Notes: a model not told the origin generated them from the sequence alone. Counted from the stretch's first letter, positions 27,437 to 36,997 are shown. The stretch: DNA of 64,000 nt from an uncultured Kiritimatiellota bacterium (GCA_944389945.1 CALXOF010000001.1:3016-67015), one strand, 5' to 3'. Numbers and translations: made by a program.

Positions 27437-28318
27437 TCACGGGGCGAGCCAGACGCGGCGGGCTTTGGCGTCGATGATGAGGTCGTTCATCTTGAGGAGG
27501 CTGTCAGCGCCGAGGATGGGTTCTTCGCCGGGGCGGAGGAGGGGTTCGAGGGTGAGGGTGTGGGTGCCGAGGCGGAGGGTGTCTTTTGCGCCGCGCTGGA
27601 GGGAGACGTTGGCGGCTTCGTTGACGCCGGTGGTGGTGAGGGCGGCTTCGCCTTCGGCGGCGGGCCAGCGCTCGCTGTCCATGAAGGTGAGGGAGGCGCC
27701 GGAGTCGAGGAGGACGGGGAAGGTGGTGGACTGGGCGTCGCCCGCGCGGCTGGCGACGAGGTGGAGGGAGTTGTCGCCGAGGGTCTGGAGCACGGGGAGC
27801 TCGGTGGCGCCGGTGAGGTCGGGCACGGAGGAATACCAGGTGACGGCGCGGTCGCGCAGGGAGAGGCGGAAGGGCGCGTAGGCGAGGGCGTTCATGCCCA
27901 GGATGCCGTCGATGCGGGTGCCGGCGGACTGGGCGAGGTGGCCGAGGGGAAGCGCCATGCCGACAAAACGCTTGAGCTCGGTCTCGCCGAGCTTGAGGGA
28001 GTGGATGGGGAAGGCGAGGGGGGCGGTCTCGACGTTGGTGTCGCCGCCGAGGGCGACGGGCTGGGTGGGGAGGTCCGGGAAGGTCTTGGCGAGGAAGTCG
28101 CGGTCCAGCGTGGTGTGGCTGGCGCCGGTGTCGAGGAGGAGGACGCAGGGCTTGCCGTTGAGGGTGGCCTGGACGGTCTGCAGGTTGTTGCCCGGCAGGA
28201 CGGTGAAGGTGAGGCGGTTGATGGGGACGCCGGCGACGGTGGGGGTGAAGAGCTCCTCCTGGGCGGGGAGGGCGGCGGCGAGGGCGAAGGCGGCGGCGAA
28301 GAGGAGGGTCAGTCGCAT
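27437..28318 (-). CDS. Secreted retropepsin-like aspartyl protease (two DTG/DSG lobes)
   Basis: Signal peptide. 'LLLDTGASHTTL' and 'VLLDSGASLTFM' active-site motifs. Confidence 0.7.
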   Translation of the reverse strand: MRLTLLFAAAFALAAALPAQEELFTPTVAGVPINRLTFTVLPGNNLQTVQATLNGKPCVLLLDTGASHTTLDRDFLAKTFPDLPTQPVALGGDTNVETAPLAFPIHSLKLGETELKRFVGMALPLGHLAQSAGTRIDGILGMNALAYAPFRLSLRDRAVTWYSSVPDLTGATELPVLQTLGDNSLHLVASRAGDAQSTTFPVLLDSGASLTFMDSERWPAAEGEAALTTTGVNEAANVSLQRGAKDTLRLGTHTLTLEPLLRPGEEPILGADSLLKMNDLIIDAKARRVWLAP

Positions 28319-28319
28319 G

Positions 28320-28904
28320 TCAGTTCCCTTTCAGATGGAAGAGGGTGAGGAAGAGGATGCGGAAGTCGAAGGCGGTGGAGCGCCTTGCGACGTATTCCAA
28401 ATCATAGCGGATTTTCTCGGCGCGGTCAATGGCGTTTCGGCCATGGATCTGGGCCCAGCCGGTGATGCCGGGGCGGACGTCGTGGCGGTGGTGCTCGGCG
28501 GGGGTGTACTCGGCGAGGTATTGCATGAGGAGGGGCCGCGGGCCGACCAGGGCCATCTCGCCGCGCAGGACGTTGATCAGCTCGGGCAGTTCATCGAGGC
28601 TCGTGGCGCGGAGGATGCGGCCCACGCGGGTGACGCGCTCGGCGTCCGTGCCCGGCCCGGGGCGCATCGTGCGGAACTTCAGGATGGTGAAGGGCCGGCC
28701 GTGGAGGCCCGGGCGCACCTGCCGAAAGAGCAAGGGCCGCCCCCCCGGCAGCAACGCCAGGGCAACGGCCCCCATCAGGCACCCCCACAGGGGCGCGGTC
28801 AGCAGGACAATCAAGAGCTCCAACGCGCGCGGCATGGCCAGGCGAAGCGGTCCAGAGACAAGCAAACAGAACCAAAGGGACGCGCGTCCCCTTGGTTCCG
28901 CCAA
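28320..28904 (-). CDS. Sugar-phosphate (polyprenyl-phosphate hexose-1-phosphate) transferase, Bac_transf family
   Basis: 'GRPFTILKFRTM...LDELPELINVLRGEMALVGPRP' hallmark of WbaP/WcaJ C-terminal domain. N-terminal TM helix. Confidence 0.85.
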   Translation of the reverse strand: MAEPRGRASLWFCLLVSGPLRLAMPRALELLIVLLTAPLWGCLMGAVALALLPGGRPLLFRQVRPGLHGRPFTILKFRTMRPGPGTDAERVTRVGRILRATSLDELPELINVLRGEMALVGPRPLLMQYLAEYTPAEHHRHDVRPGITGWAQIHGRNAIDRAEKIRYDLEYVARRSTAFDFRILFLTLFHLKGN

Positions 28905-28922
28905 CAGTCCGCCGGGCGGCGC

Positions 28923-29276
28923 TTAGAGGGCGCGCAGGCGGGCAGCCTTGCCCGTGCGGGAGCGGAGGTAGTAGAGCTTGGCGCGGCGGACCTTCGCGTG
29001 GCCGGTCACCTCGATCTTTTCGATGGAGGGGGAGGCGAAGGGGAAGACCTTTTCGACGCCGACGCCGAAGGAGATGCGGCGCACGGTGAAGGTTTCGGTG
29101 ATGCCGCGGCCGTCGCGGGCGATGACGTCGCCGGCGAAGACCTGGACGCGCTCCTTGTCGCCTTCCTTAATGCGCACGGAGACGCGCACGATGTCGCCCA
29201 CCTGGAGCTCGGGGCACTTCTTCGGGTTCTTTTCCGCCGTGAGGGCGTTCACTTTTTCCAAGGCTTTCGCAATCAT
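28923..29276 (-). CDS. rplS: 50S ribosomal protein L19
   Basis: '...[54 protein letters not shown]'. Confidence 0.95.
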   Translation of the reverse strand: MIAKALEKVNALTAEKNPKKCPELQVGDIVRVSVRIKEGDKERVQVFAGDVIARDGRGITETFTVRRISFGVGVEKVFPFASPSIEKIEVTGHAKVRRAKLYYLRSRTGKAARLRAL

Positions 29277-29287
29277 TGCCGTAGTCC

Positions 29288-29971
29288 TTATCGTTGCTTC
29301 AAATCTGGTCGATGCCGGGCCGTCCGGTCAAGCATCTGGTTTTTGCGCCAGCGGGCCGCTTGTGCGTGGTCGCCGCGCAGGAGGGCCGGGGGGACGGCCT
29401 GCCCGCGCCAGACGGGCGGGCGGGTGTACTGGGCCTGTTCCAGGAGTCCGTCTTCCTCGAAGGACTCATGCTCGGTGGCTTCCTCGCCGCCGCCGAGCAC
29501 CCCGGGCAGGAGCCGCACCACCGCGTCGGTCACGACGGCGGCGGGCAGGGCGCCGTTGGTCAGCACATAGTCGCCGATGCTGAGCTGCTCGTCGGCCAAA
29601 ATCTCGAGCACGCGCTCGTCAATCCCTTCGTAATGTCCGCAAAGGAAGACGAGGTGGCTCTCTTTGGCCAGGCGCCGGGCGGTCTCTTGCCGGAAGGGGC
29701 GGCCCTGGGGCGACATCGCGATGACGCGTGTGCCGGGGCGGCGGAGGCTTTCGACGGCCTCAAAGATCGGCTCGGGCTTCATCAGCATGCCCGCGCCCCC
29801 GCCATAGGGCTTGTCGTCCAGCGTGCCGCGGGCATCGTGCGCGAAGTCGCGCAGATCGATGGCCCGGAGCTCTGCGGCGCCCATGGCCGCGGCCCGACGC
29901 AGGATGCTCTGCCCGAAGAAGCCTTCCAGCATCCCCGGGAAGATGGTCACCACGTCGATGCGCAGCGGCAC
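29288..29971 (-). CDS. trmD: tRNA (guanine37-N1)-methyltransferase
   Basis: '[11 protein letters not shown]...[13 protein letters not shown]...[12 protein letters not shown]'. Confidence 0.95.
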   Translation of the reverse strand: MPLRIDVVTIFPGMLEGFFGQSILRRAAAMGAAELRAIDLRDFAHDARGTLDDKPYGGGAGMLMKPEPIFEAVESLRRPGTRVIAMSPQGRPFRQETARRLAKESHLVFLCGHYEGIDERVLEILADEQLSIGDYVLTNGALPAAVVTDAVVRLLPGVLGGGEEATEHESFEEDGLLEQAQYTRPPVWRGQAVPPALLRGDHAQAARWRKNQMLDRTARHRPDLKQR

Positions 29972-29989
29972 CGTGGGCCTCCCGGCGGC

Positions 29990-30253
29990 TTAGGCCTCGA
30001 CGGGAGCGGCCGCGGCGGCCTTCTTCGCCTGCTTGACGAGGGAGGCGACGGTCTCCGAGACCTGGGCGCCCTGGCTCGTCCAATAGGCGATGCGATCGAG
30101 GTTCAGGCCGAACTTGTCCGCCGTCTTGCGGGGGTCGTACCAACCCAGGATCTCCAGGAACTTGCCGTCACGGGGGCTACGCGAATCGCAGGCCACCACG
30201 CGGAACGTGGCCACGCGGTTGCACCCGGTCTTACGCAATCTGATCTTGACCAT
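29990..30253 (-). CDS. rpsP: 30S ribosomal protein S16
   Basis: 'MVKIRLRKTGCNRVATFRVVACDSRSPRDGKFLEILGWYDP'. Confidence 0.95.
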   Translation of the reverse strand: MVKIRLRKTGCNRVATFRVVACDSRSPRDGKFLEILGWYDPRKTADKFGLNLDRIAYWTSQGAQVSETVASLVKQAKKAAAAAPVEA

Positions 30254-30480
30254 TCTTCAGTCTCCAAGCCTCACCGCGCGTCGCTACCCCGCGGATGGGC
30301 GCTGTTGTGTTGCAATCCAATCATTCGGATGAATGAGTGATAAAGTATGCCAAATTCGCCGCCCTTCGCGCAAGCAAAAAGTGATGCGTGCCCCAAAAAG
30401 TTGTGCGGCCGCCCCGGCATGGGGGCGCTGGGGGGAGTGCCGCGGGCCCGCGCGGGGCGGGCCGTGCGGCGTGCGGGGGC

Positions 30481-31236
30481 TTACTCTTCCTCGGCTTCGA
30501 GGGCCGCCTCGACCTCGTCGGAGAAGTCGGCGGTGTGATAGACGTTCTGGACGTCCTCATTGTCCTCGAGGGCGGCGATGAAGCGGTTGAGGGCCTTGGC
30601 CTGCGCCACGTCGGTGACGGGGGTGGTGGCCATGGGGATGAGCTTCACCTCGGCCTCGGAGGTCTCGATGCCGGCCTTGTTGAGCGCGTCGCAGACGGCC
30701 GCGAAGGCGTTGGGGGCGGTGAGGATCTCGAAGCCTTCGTCGTCGGCGTTCACGTCGTCGGCGCCGGCGTCGAGGGCCAACATCATCACGTCGTCCTCGT
30801 TCAGGTCGCCTTTGGGCAGGAGGATCTGGCCCTTGCGCTCGAAGTTACGCGTCACGGAGCCGGACTGGCCGAGCTCGGAGTTGTTCTTCTTGAAGATGTT
30901 GCGGATTTCGGCCGCGGCGCGGTTCTTGTTGTCGGTGAGGACCTGGACCACCAGGCCCACGGTGCCGACGTAACCTTCGTAGGTGATCTCCTCGAGGGCC
31001 TCGGCCTGGAGCTCGCCCGTGCCCTTCTTGATGGCGCGGTCGATGTTGTCCTTAGGCATGTTGATGCCCTTGGCCTTCGCGATGAGGTTGCGCAGGGAGG
31101 GGTTGGTGTTCGGGTCGCCGCCGCTTTTGGCCACCAGCATGATTTCCTTGGCCAGACGGCTGAACATCTTGCCGCGCTTGGCGTCAGCCGCGCCCTTGGC
31201 GTGCTTGATGGTGGCCCATTTACTGTGTCCGCTCAT
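30481..31236 (-). CDS. yebC: YebC/PmpR-family transcriptional regulatory protein
   Basis: Start at 'MSGHSKWATIKHAKGAADAKRGKMFSRLAKEI'. The track ORF extends spuriously upstream. Confidence 0.9.
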   Translation of the reverse strand: MSGHSKWATIKHAKGAADAKRGKMFSRLAKEIMLVAKSGGDPNTNPSLRNLIAKAKGINMPKDNIDRAIKKGTGELQAEALEEITYEGYVGTVGLVVQVLTDNKNRAAAEIRNIFKKNNSELGQSGSVTRNFERKGQILLPKGDLNEDDVMMLALDAGADDVNADDEGFEILTAPNAFAAVCDALNKAGIETSEAEVKLIPMATTPVTDVAQAKALNRFIAALEDNEDVQNVYHTADFSDEVEAALEAEEE

Positions 31237-31294
31237 GATCTCTTCCTTTCTGAAGGGTATGAAGTCGTTGCTCGTCGTTAGTCTGTCAAAAAGT

Positions 31295-32209
31295 CTACCG
31301 CACCTCACCGTAGCCGGCGGCCATGTCGTCGCCCAGCATCCGTTCGGCGGTCTCGTCCTCGCACGGCTGCACCCAGCCCTGCTCGAAACCCAAATCCTCC
31401 ACCAGCCCCGCCAGCGGCTCAAAGGCCTCCGGCGACACCCGGCGGTTCCACCCCGGCAAATCCTTGGCCTTGCCCACGGGGTTGTACTGCGCCATCAGGC
31501 TCACCGCCACCCCGGCGCCCAACGCGTTGCGCAGCCACGTCAGGCTCTCGGCCGCCTCATCCTCGCGCCCCGGCAACACGAGGATGCGCACGATCAGGCC
31601 GCGCCGCGCGATGCCTTCGTCGTCCAGCTCCAACGGCCCCAGGCGGTCCCAGAACCAACGGATGGCCTGCCGCGCCGCGTCCACATAGTCCGCCGCGCCG
31701 CTTCCCTCCGCCGCCGTCGCGGACTTCGCGTAGCGCAGATCCGCCAACGCCACATCCGCCAGCTGCGGAAAGGTCGCCAACGTCTCCGTCCGCTCATAGC
31801 TCGACGTGTTGTAGACGAAAGGCAAACGGATGCCCTCGGCCAAGAGCGGCGCCGCCGCCTCCGCGATCTGCGGCAACCACGGCGTGGGCGACACCAGGTT
31901 CCAGTTGTGGCACCCCTGCTCCGCCAACGCGCGCATCCGCGCCGTCAGCTCCGCGATCGGGATGTCCTCGCCCAGTCCGCCGCTGCTCCACTTCGCGTTC
32001 TGGCAATAGACGCACCGCATCGTGCAATGCGAAAAGAAGAGCGTCCCGCTCCCCCGCGTCCCGGAAATCGGTGGTTCCTCCCCAAAATGCGGGCCCCAGC
32101 GGAAGAGCCGCGGCAACGCGCCGCTCCCGCAATACCCCACCTGCCCGTGCGCGCGATCGACGCCGCACCGGCGGGGGCAGAGCTCACAAGATGCCAAAGA
32201 GAAATCCAT
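31295..32209 (-). CDS. Radical-SAM protein, PflX-like (homolog of pyruvate formate-lyase activating enzymes)
   Basis: 'CELCPRRC' and CX3CX2C 'CTMRCVYCQN'. Confidence 0.7.
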   Translation of the reverse strand: MDFSLASCELCPRRCGVDRAHGQVGYCGSGALPRLFRWGPHFGEEPPISGTRGSGTLFFSHCTMRCVYCQNAKWSSGGLGEDIPIAELTARMRALAEQGCHNWNLVSPTPWLPQIAEAAAPLLAEGIRLPFVYNTSSYERTETLATFPQLADVALADLRYAKSATAAEGSGAADYVDAARQAIRWFWDRLGPLELDDEGIARRGLIVRILVLPGREDEAAESLTWLRNALGAGVAVSLMAQYNPVGKAKDLPGWNRRVSPEAFEPLAGLVEDLGFEQGWVQPCEDETAERMLGDDMAAGYGEVR

Positions 32210-32769
32210 AAGCACAATAGTATAGCACATCTCCCTCCGCTTTGCTTGCGCCCGATTTTCAAGAGGAAGTTTGGAGGCTTGGAAGTTTGGAGGCTTGGAG
32301 GAGCCACAGAGGTTGAGTCCCGGGCTGCCGCCCTTGGCGGCGATGAGAGCGGACGTTGCATGGCAAGCGCAGGACTGCCAGAATAGAGAAACCGCCGATT
32401 AGATTGGAAGTTTGGAAGCTTGGAGGTTTGGAAGTTTGGCTGGGCACACCAATTGTCTTGCTGAAGACTGCCAGAATGGGAAAACCGCCGATTACGCAGA
32501 TTAAAGCAGATTAGGGGCCGGCTACCGCCGGCAGGACTGCCAGAATAGGAAACCGCAGATTTCACAGATTTTGGGCAGATTAAGGGCGTGCTGGCGCACG
32601 CAGGACGCGCAATTGGAAGTTTAGAAGTTTGGAGGCTTGGAGGCTTGGCCTTTTTGCGGCTTACGCCGCCCTGTACAGCGCCTCGTCCATCGCCCGCTTG
32701 CGGGCGGTCCTGAATCTCCTGCATCTCCTGAATCTCCTGTTGGGCCATCTGAGGAGTGCGTCCCAAAGA

Positions 32770-32797
32770 AAAAGCCCCGCGGGGCGGGGCTTTTTGG
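32770..32797 (-). terminator. Terminator after PEP-CTERM gene (gccccgcggggcggggc + T-run)
   Basis: Identical hairpins also follow the PEP-CTERM genes ending at 33907 and 34814. Confidence 0.65.
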
Positions 32798-32812
32798 GGA
32801 TTGGGCGGGGGC

Positions 32813-33544
32813 TTAGGCCACGCGGCGGCGGAGGGCCACGCCGGCCACGCCCAGGGCGAGCAACGCCAGCGCCGTCGGCTCGGGGACGGAGGGATCTGGG
32901 TCGGAAGCTTCAGAGGCCGCAATCACTTGGTCGTAGGTCATCCCGGCCACGTAGTCGATGTCCATCGTGTAGGTATCCGCATTATTGTCCCACAGGTTCA
33001 TCCGCACATCGGTGCCGGAATCGCTCGTGCCCTGCTGCCCCCAGACGATGTGGGTCAGCGACTGGGTGGTGGTGTACGTGCCGTACAGGGTGCCGTCGAG
33101 GTAGAAGCTCAGCGTGTTGTTACCGTTCCAAGAGAGGACAAACTCATGGGTCGAGTTCGAGGTGAGCGTGACTTGTTCGCCAATCACCGACGGCGCGTCG
33201 CTCGCGGCCCCAAAGCCAATCGTGCCGCTGCTTTTGTCCGCGCAGTCGGCGTTGAACCGAATCGCCTGGCTGTTACCCTGGAAGGCGGCACCAATGATCG
33301 ACGGGTATTTCTGCCCACCGTTCGTGTAGGCGTTGATTGTTCCGGCGCTGAGGACGGCGGAGAGGGTCCATGAGCCGGAGCCAAGGTTGACCTGGTTCGA
33401 GCCAGTTCCGACGGTCATGGAACCGGAACTGGTCTTTGTGCCGAGGTCAACGTGGCCGGTGATCTTGTCCCAGTTGATGTTTGCCGCTTGGGTGGCGCCG
33501 AAGGCGAGTGCGGCGAGAGCGAGGGTGAGGAGTTTGCGTGTCAT
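32813..33544 (-). CDS. PEP-CTERM sorting-domain secreted protein (LamG-like)
   Basis: Signal peptide 'MTRKLLTLALAALAFGATQA'. C-terminal 'VPEPTALALLALGVAGVALRRRVA'. G9/C9 tract in the promoter at 33625-33633. Confidence 0.85.
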   Translation of the reverse strand: MTRKLLTLALAALAFGATQAANINWDKITGHVDLGTKTSSGSMTVGTGSNQVNLGSGSWTLSAVLSAGTINAYTNGGQKYPSIIGAAFQGNSQAIRFNADCADKSSGTIGFGAASDAPSVIGEQVTLTSNSTHEFVLSWNGNNTLSFYLDGTLYGTYTTTQSLTHIVWGQQGTSDSGTDVRMNLWDNNADTYTMDIDYVAGMTYDQVIAASEASDPDPSVPEPTALALLALGVAGVALRRRVA

Positions 33545-33865
33545 CTATGTCCCAACTTTCCGGTGTGTACACCTATCTTACAGGAAGGAATCCTGAAGAC
33601 TGTTTGCATATTAGCATAACTTTAGGGGGGGGGCAAGTGTTATTTAGAGGAAGCTTGGAAGTTTGGAGGCTTGGAAGTTTGGTTCTCGGGGAGGGGCGTT
33701 GCCCCACACCCTGCTTTTCTTCTTTAGAAAAGGTTGCAAGGCGCGAAACGGAGGGCGGCGGGCGCGGTCAGCGGCGAAGCCGCAGGGCGCCCGATGGAGC
33801 CCGAAGCGGTTCGCGCCCACAGTTGCGTCTTTGCGGTTCTCATTAATGGTGAGTGGGCAAAGAAA

Positions 33866-33893
33866 AAGCCCCGCGGGAGCGGGGCTTTTTGGG
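33866..33893 (-). terminator. Terminator after PEP-CTERM gene
   Basis: aaaaagccccgcgggagcggggcttttt. Confidence 0.65.
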
Positions 33894-33906
33894 GATTGGC
33901 GGGGGC

Positions 33907-34602
33907 TTAGGCCACGCGGCGGCGGAGGGCCACGCCGGCCACGCCAAGGGCGAGCAACGCCAAGGCCGTCGGCTCGGGGACGGAAGGATCCGGGTCGGGT
34001 TCCGGCAGGACAGCGGTCATCTGGGCGACCATGCGATCAATCTCCTCTTGGGTGAGGATGCCTTCATAGGCCGCCGTCTCATTGATGGTCCAGGCATCGT
34101 TCGCGAAGGTGGAGACAATGATATTTTCGGACGTGTTCGTATCCAAGACGGAGAAGAGCTGCACACCATTCGCGTAGCCGGTGATGGTGGCTTGATTGTT
34201 CGCGTTGCGCTCAATCGTGATGGTGAGCAGGTATTTCGTACCGACCGAAAGGGTTGGGGTATTGCTTGTGGTTCCCCAGCCAGTCTCAGAACCACCCTTC
34301 TTTTCCACGCCGATATGGCCATTGAGGGCATTCCCGGAGCCATACATATAGGCATAGGCGTGTCCGGCATCCCAGAGGCCGAGATCTGCGATGGCGGCTT
34401 GTTCTGTGCTGGCAGCCGTCGCATTCGCGGTCACCACCATGGCATAGGAGAGCGTTTTGGTGGAGGTAGAACCTTCCGTGGCGAAGTATTTATCGGTGTA
34501 GATGCTGTTCTCGGCTCCGGTTTGCCACTGCATGGTGACAGCCTGGGCGGAGAGGGCGAGGCCGGCGGCGGCACAAGCCAAGGCAAAACGTACGCATTTC
34601 AT
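33907..34602 (-). CDS. PEP-CTERM sorting-domain secreted protein
   Basis: Start at Met160 of track ORF 33907..35079 ('MKCVRFALACAAAGLALSAQA'). PEP-CTERM tail. G8 tract at 34680-34687 upstream. Confidence 0.8.
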   Translation of the reverse strand: MKCVRFALACAAAGLALSAQAVTMQWQTGAENSIYTDKYFATEGSTSTKTLSYAMVVTANATAASTEQAAIADLGLWDAGHAYAYMYGSGNALNGHIGVEKKGGSETGWGTTSNTPTLSVGTKYLLTITIERNANNQATITGYANGVQLFSVLDTNTSENIIVSTFANDAWTINETAAYEGILTQEEIDRMVAQMTAVLPEPDPDPSVPEPTALALLALGVAGVALRRRVA

Positions 34603-34768
34603 GGGTGTGTCCTTCGTCCCACGGGGGGCAGGACATCTGCCCGATTCACATGGAACGCCATTAAGATAGCACAAGTGACGGGGGGGGCAAGTGTTATTTA
34701 TTGTGTCAAGGCGCAACAAGGGAAGATTGGGGGCTTGGAAGGTTGGTTTCAAGCGGAGAATGGCAAAG

Positions 34769-34797
34769 AAAAAGCCCCGCGGGGGCGGGGCTTTTTG
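34769..34797 (-). terminator. Terminator after PEP-CTERM gene
   Basis: aaaaagccccgcgggggcggggcttttt. Confidence 0.65.
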
Positions 34798-34813
34798 GGG
34801 GATGGGCGGGGGC

Positions 34814-35491
34814 TTAGGCCACGCGGCGGCGGAGGGCCACGCCGGCCACGCCGAGGGCGAGCAACGCCAGGGCGGTCGGCTCAGGGATGTTGGTCGGCAT
34901 AATCGCGGATCCCGCGTCAACCAGCTTGGTGATCTCATCCGTGGTGAGGGTGCCATCATAAGTGGCCGCATCGTTGAAGGTCCACGCGGCATTGTTGGCG
35001 AAGGTCGCCGTGAGGGCGCCATCGGTGGGCTCAAGGATGGGATTGGCGTTGCCATTGAACGTAATTGGGGTCGTCCCATTGTTGATATAGAGCGTCACGT
35101 TCCAACGGTTGTTGGTGGAATCCCAGGTGCCATTGATCACCACGATGTGCGAGCCGGACGCAAGCGAACTATTGTTGTCCGTCCAAGTCGTAGCGTTAGA
35201 AGTCGTACTGTCGAAGTGGGCGCCAAAGCCATTCGCGGCGGAATAGGCCAAGAGACCGACAGCAGTGTCATCTCGCGTGGAGGTCCCGAAGGTCACCATG
35301 CTGGAGTTCTCGAGAGACTGGCCGGAGAAGGTCGTCGTGATCTTCACGGCGAGGGCGAAGTCGGCCTTCGCGTCACTCGAGCCGAAGATTTCCTGCGAGC
35401 CAGGGACGGTCGTGCTGCTCCAGGTCATATTCGCGGCGGAGGCAACCGTCGCCAGGCCAAGGGCCGCAATCAATCCAAGACAACGTTTCAT
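34814..35491 (-). CDS. PEP-CTERM sorting-domain secreted protein (LamG-like)
   Basis: Signal peptide 'MKRCLGLIAALGLATVASA'. PEP-CTERM tail. TTGACG-N18-TATTAT promoter with a G9 spacer tract (plus-strand C9 at 35573-35581). Confidence 0.85.
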   Translation of the reverse strand: MKRCLGLIAALGLATVASAANMTWSSTTVPGSQEIFGSSDAKADFALAVKITTTFSGQSLENSSMVTFGTSTRDDTAVGLLAYSAANGFGAHFDSTTSNATTWTDNNSSLASGSHIVVINGTWDSTNNRWNVTLYINNGTTPITFNGNANPILEPTDGALTATFANNAAWTFNDAATYDGTLTTDEITKLVDAGSAIMPTNIPEPTALALLALGVAGVALRRRVA

Positions 35492-35647
35492 GTCCTGCTA
35501 TCCTTTCTGTGTCGCGGCAACCACGTCGCGATTTATCAGCAATTCCATACTGATGAAGTAAATAATAGTCTACCCCCCCCCGTTTCGTCAAGTCTTTTTT
35601 TGCCTCTTGTGGGGCTTCGCGACTCCGGCCTCAAAAGGGGTCTTGGA

Positions 35648-35754
35648 GAAACCCTTAAGGGTCCGCGGTGAGACCCTATAGTGGTCGGAGGTCAACCACT
35701 ATAGTGGTCGGGGTCGAGACCCTATAGTGGTCCGACCCGAAACCCTTAAGGGTC
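35648..35754. repeat. MITE-like palindrome array (copy 3)
   Basis: aacccttaagggtc ... gaccctatagtggtc ... gaccactatagtggtc ... gaccctatagtggtc ... aacccttaagggtc. Confidence 0.8.
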
Positions 35755-36037
35755 GGCTGACGCCGCCCCTGGAGAACGGAAAACGGAGCGTGTAGGCGCG
35801 AAGCGCCAAACCTTCCACGGCCACGGAGAACAGAGAACGCCCCTTTGGGGCGACCGGCGAAGCCATTGTACAAAGCGGCGAAGCCGCCGTCCTATAGGTC
35901 CTATATGTCCTACCGCGATGCCTATTGGCACGTCGCAGACGTGCCGGGGGTGCAGGGAGAACTTCTCCCTGCCGGGGGGTGGGGCAGCGCCCCACATTCT
36001 TCCAATCTTCCATTCTTCCAATCAGCTAATCAGCCAA

Positions 36038-36997
36038 TCAGCTTCCCGCCCTTCCTGGGGCGGGAGGAGGTGGCGGGGTGCGGTCGAAGCGGCGGGTGGC
36101 GAGGGCGAGGTAGTGGCGCCAGGTGGGGCGAATGGTGACGCGGGGGAGGAGGTCGCGTTCCGTACGGCGGCGGTGGAAGGGCATGGGGTCGCGTCGGGGG
36201 AGGGGAAGGACGGCGTGGCGGAGGGCGCAGAGGGTGACGCAGAGGAGGAAGGGGAGTCCGCGGGTGAGCCAGAGGCGGGGTCCCCAGAGGCTGCAGGCGG
36301 TGGAGAGGAGGTTGGAGAGGTAGCGGCGCCAGACGCGGCGGCCGGGGAGTGCGCGGGCGGTGGTGCCTTCGGCGTGGGGGACGGGCGGGGGGGGGACGTA
36401 CCAGCATTCCCAGCCGGCGAGCCAGAGGCGGTGGCAGAGGTCGATGTCTTCGCCGTAGCAGAAGTAGGAGGGGCGGAAGAGTCCGCCGGCGGTCTCGATG
36501 GCGGCGCGGCGGAGGAGGAGGCAGGCGCCTTTGCCGGCGAGGACGGGGTGGGGGCGCTCGGCGTGTGGGCCGGGGGGGCGGCGGTAGCCTTGGTGCCAGA
36601 GGATGCCGAGCGGGGTGAGGTATTCGCCGCAGGTGTCGAGGGTGCCGTCGGGGAGGATGAGGGTGGGCTGGAGGGCGGCGAGGTGGGGGTAGGTGTCGAG
36701 GGCGGCTTGGAGGATGCGGATGGGTTCGGCGGCGGGGAGGGTGACGTCGGTGTTGAGGAGGAGGATGTGTTCGCCTTCGGCATGGGGGAGGGCGAGGTTG
36801 TTGCCGCCGGCAAAGCCGAGGTTGCGGGGGGCGCGGAGGAGGGTGACGCCGTCGGGGACGGTGAGGGGGGGCTCGCTGGCGTTGTCGACGACGAGGACTT
36901 GGGCTTCGGGCAGGTGGCGCAGGACGGCGGCCAAGCACCCTGAGAGGAGTTCGGGGTGATTCCAAGCGACAATGATGACGGTCAGCCGCGCATGCAT
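36038..36997 (-). CDS. Family-2 glycosyltransferase
   Basis: 'TVIIVAWN', 'VVDNAS', 'NLGFAGGNN', 'YGEDIDLCHRL'. Confidence 0.85.
   Translation of the reverse strand: MHARLTVIIVAWNHPELLSGCLAAVLRHLPEAQVLVVDNASEPPLTVPDGVTLLRAPRNLGFAGGNNLALPHAEGEHILLLNTDVTLPAAEPIRILQAALDTYPHLAALQPTLILPDGTLDTCGEYLTPLGILWHQGYRRPPGPHAERPHPVLAGKGACLLLRRAAIETAGGLFRPSYFCYGEDIDLCHRLWLAGWECWYVPPPPVPHAEGTTARALPGRRVWRRYLSNLLSTACSLWGPRLWLTRGLPFLLCVTLCALRHAVLPLPRRDPMPFHRRRTERDLLPRVTIRPTWRHYLALATRRFDRTPPPPPAPGRAGS

Noticed and set aside
36022-36972. Overlapping Pro/Arg/Ser-rich ORFs (36022..36972, 36030..36965) on the GT2 gene
   Set aside because: These are alternative frames of the GT2 CDS. They are low-complexity translations with no start context. 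The GT2 frame carries clear catalytic motifs.
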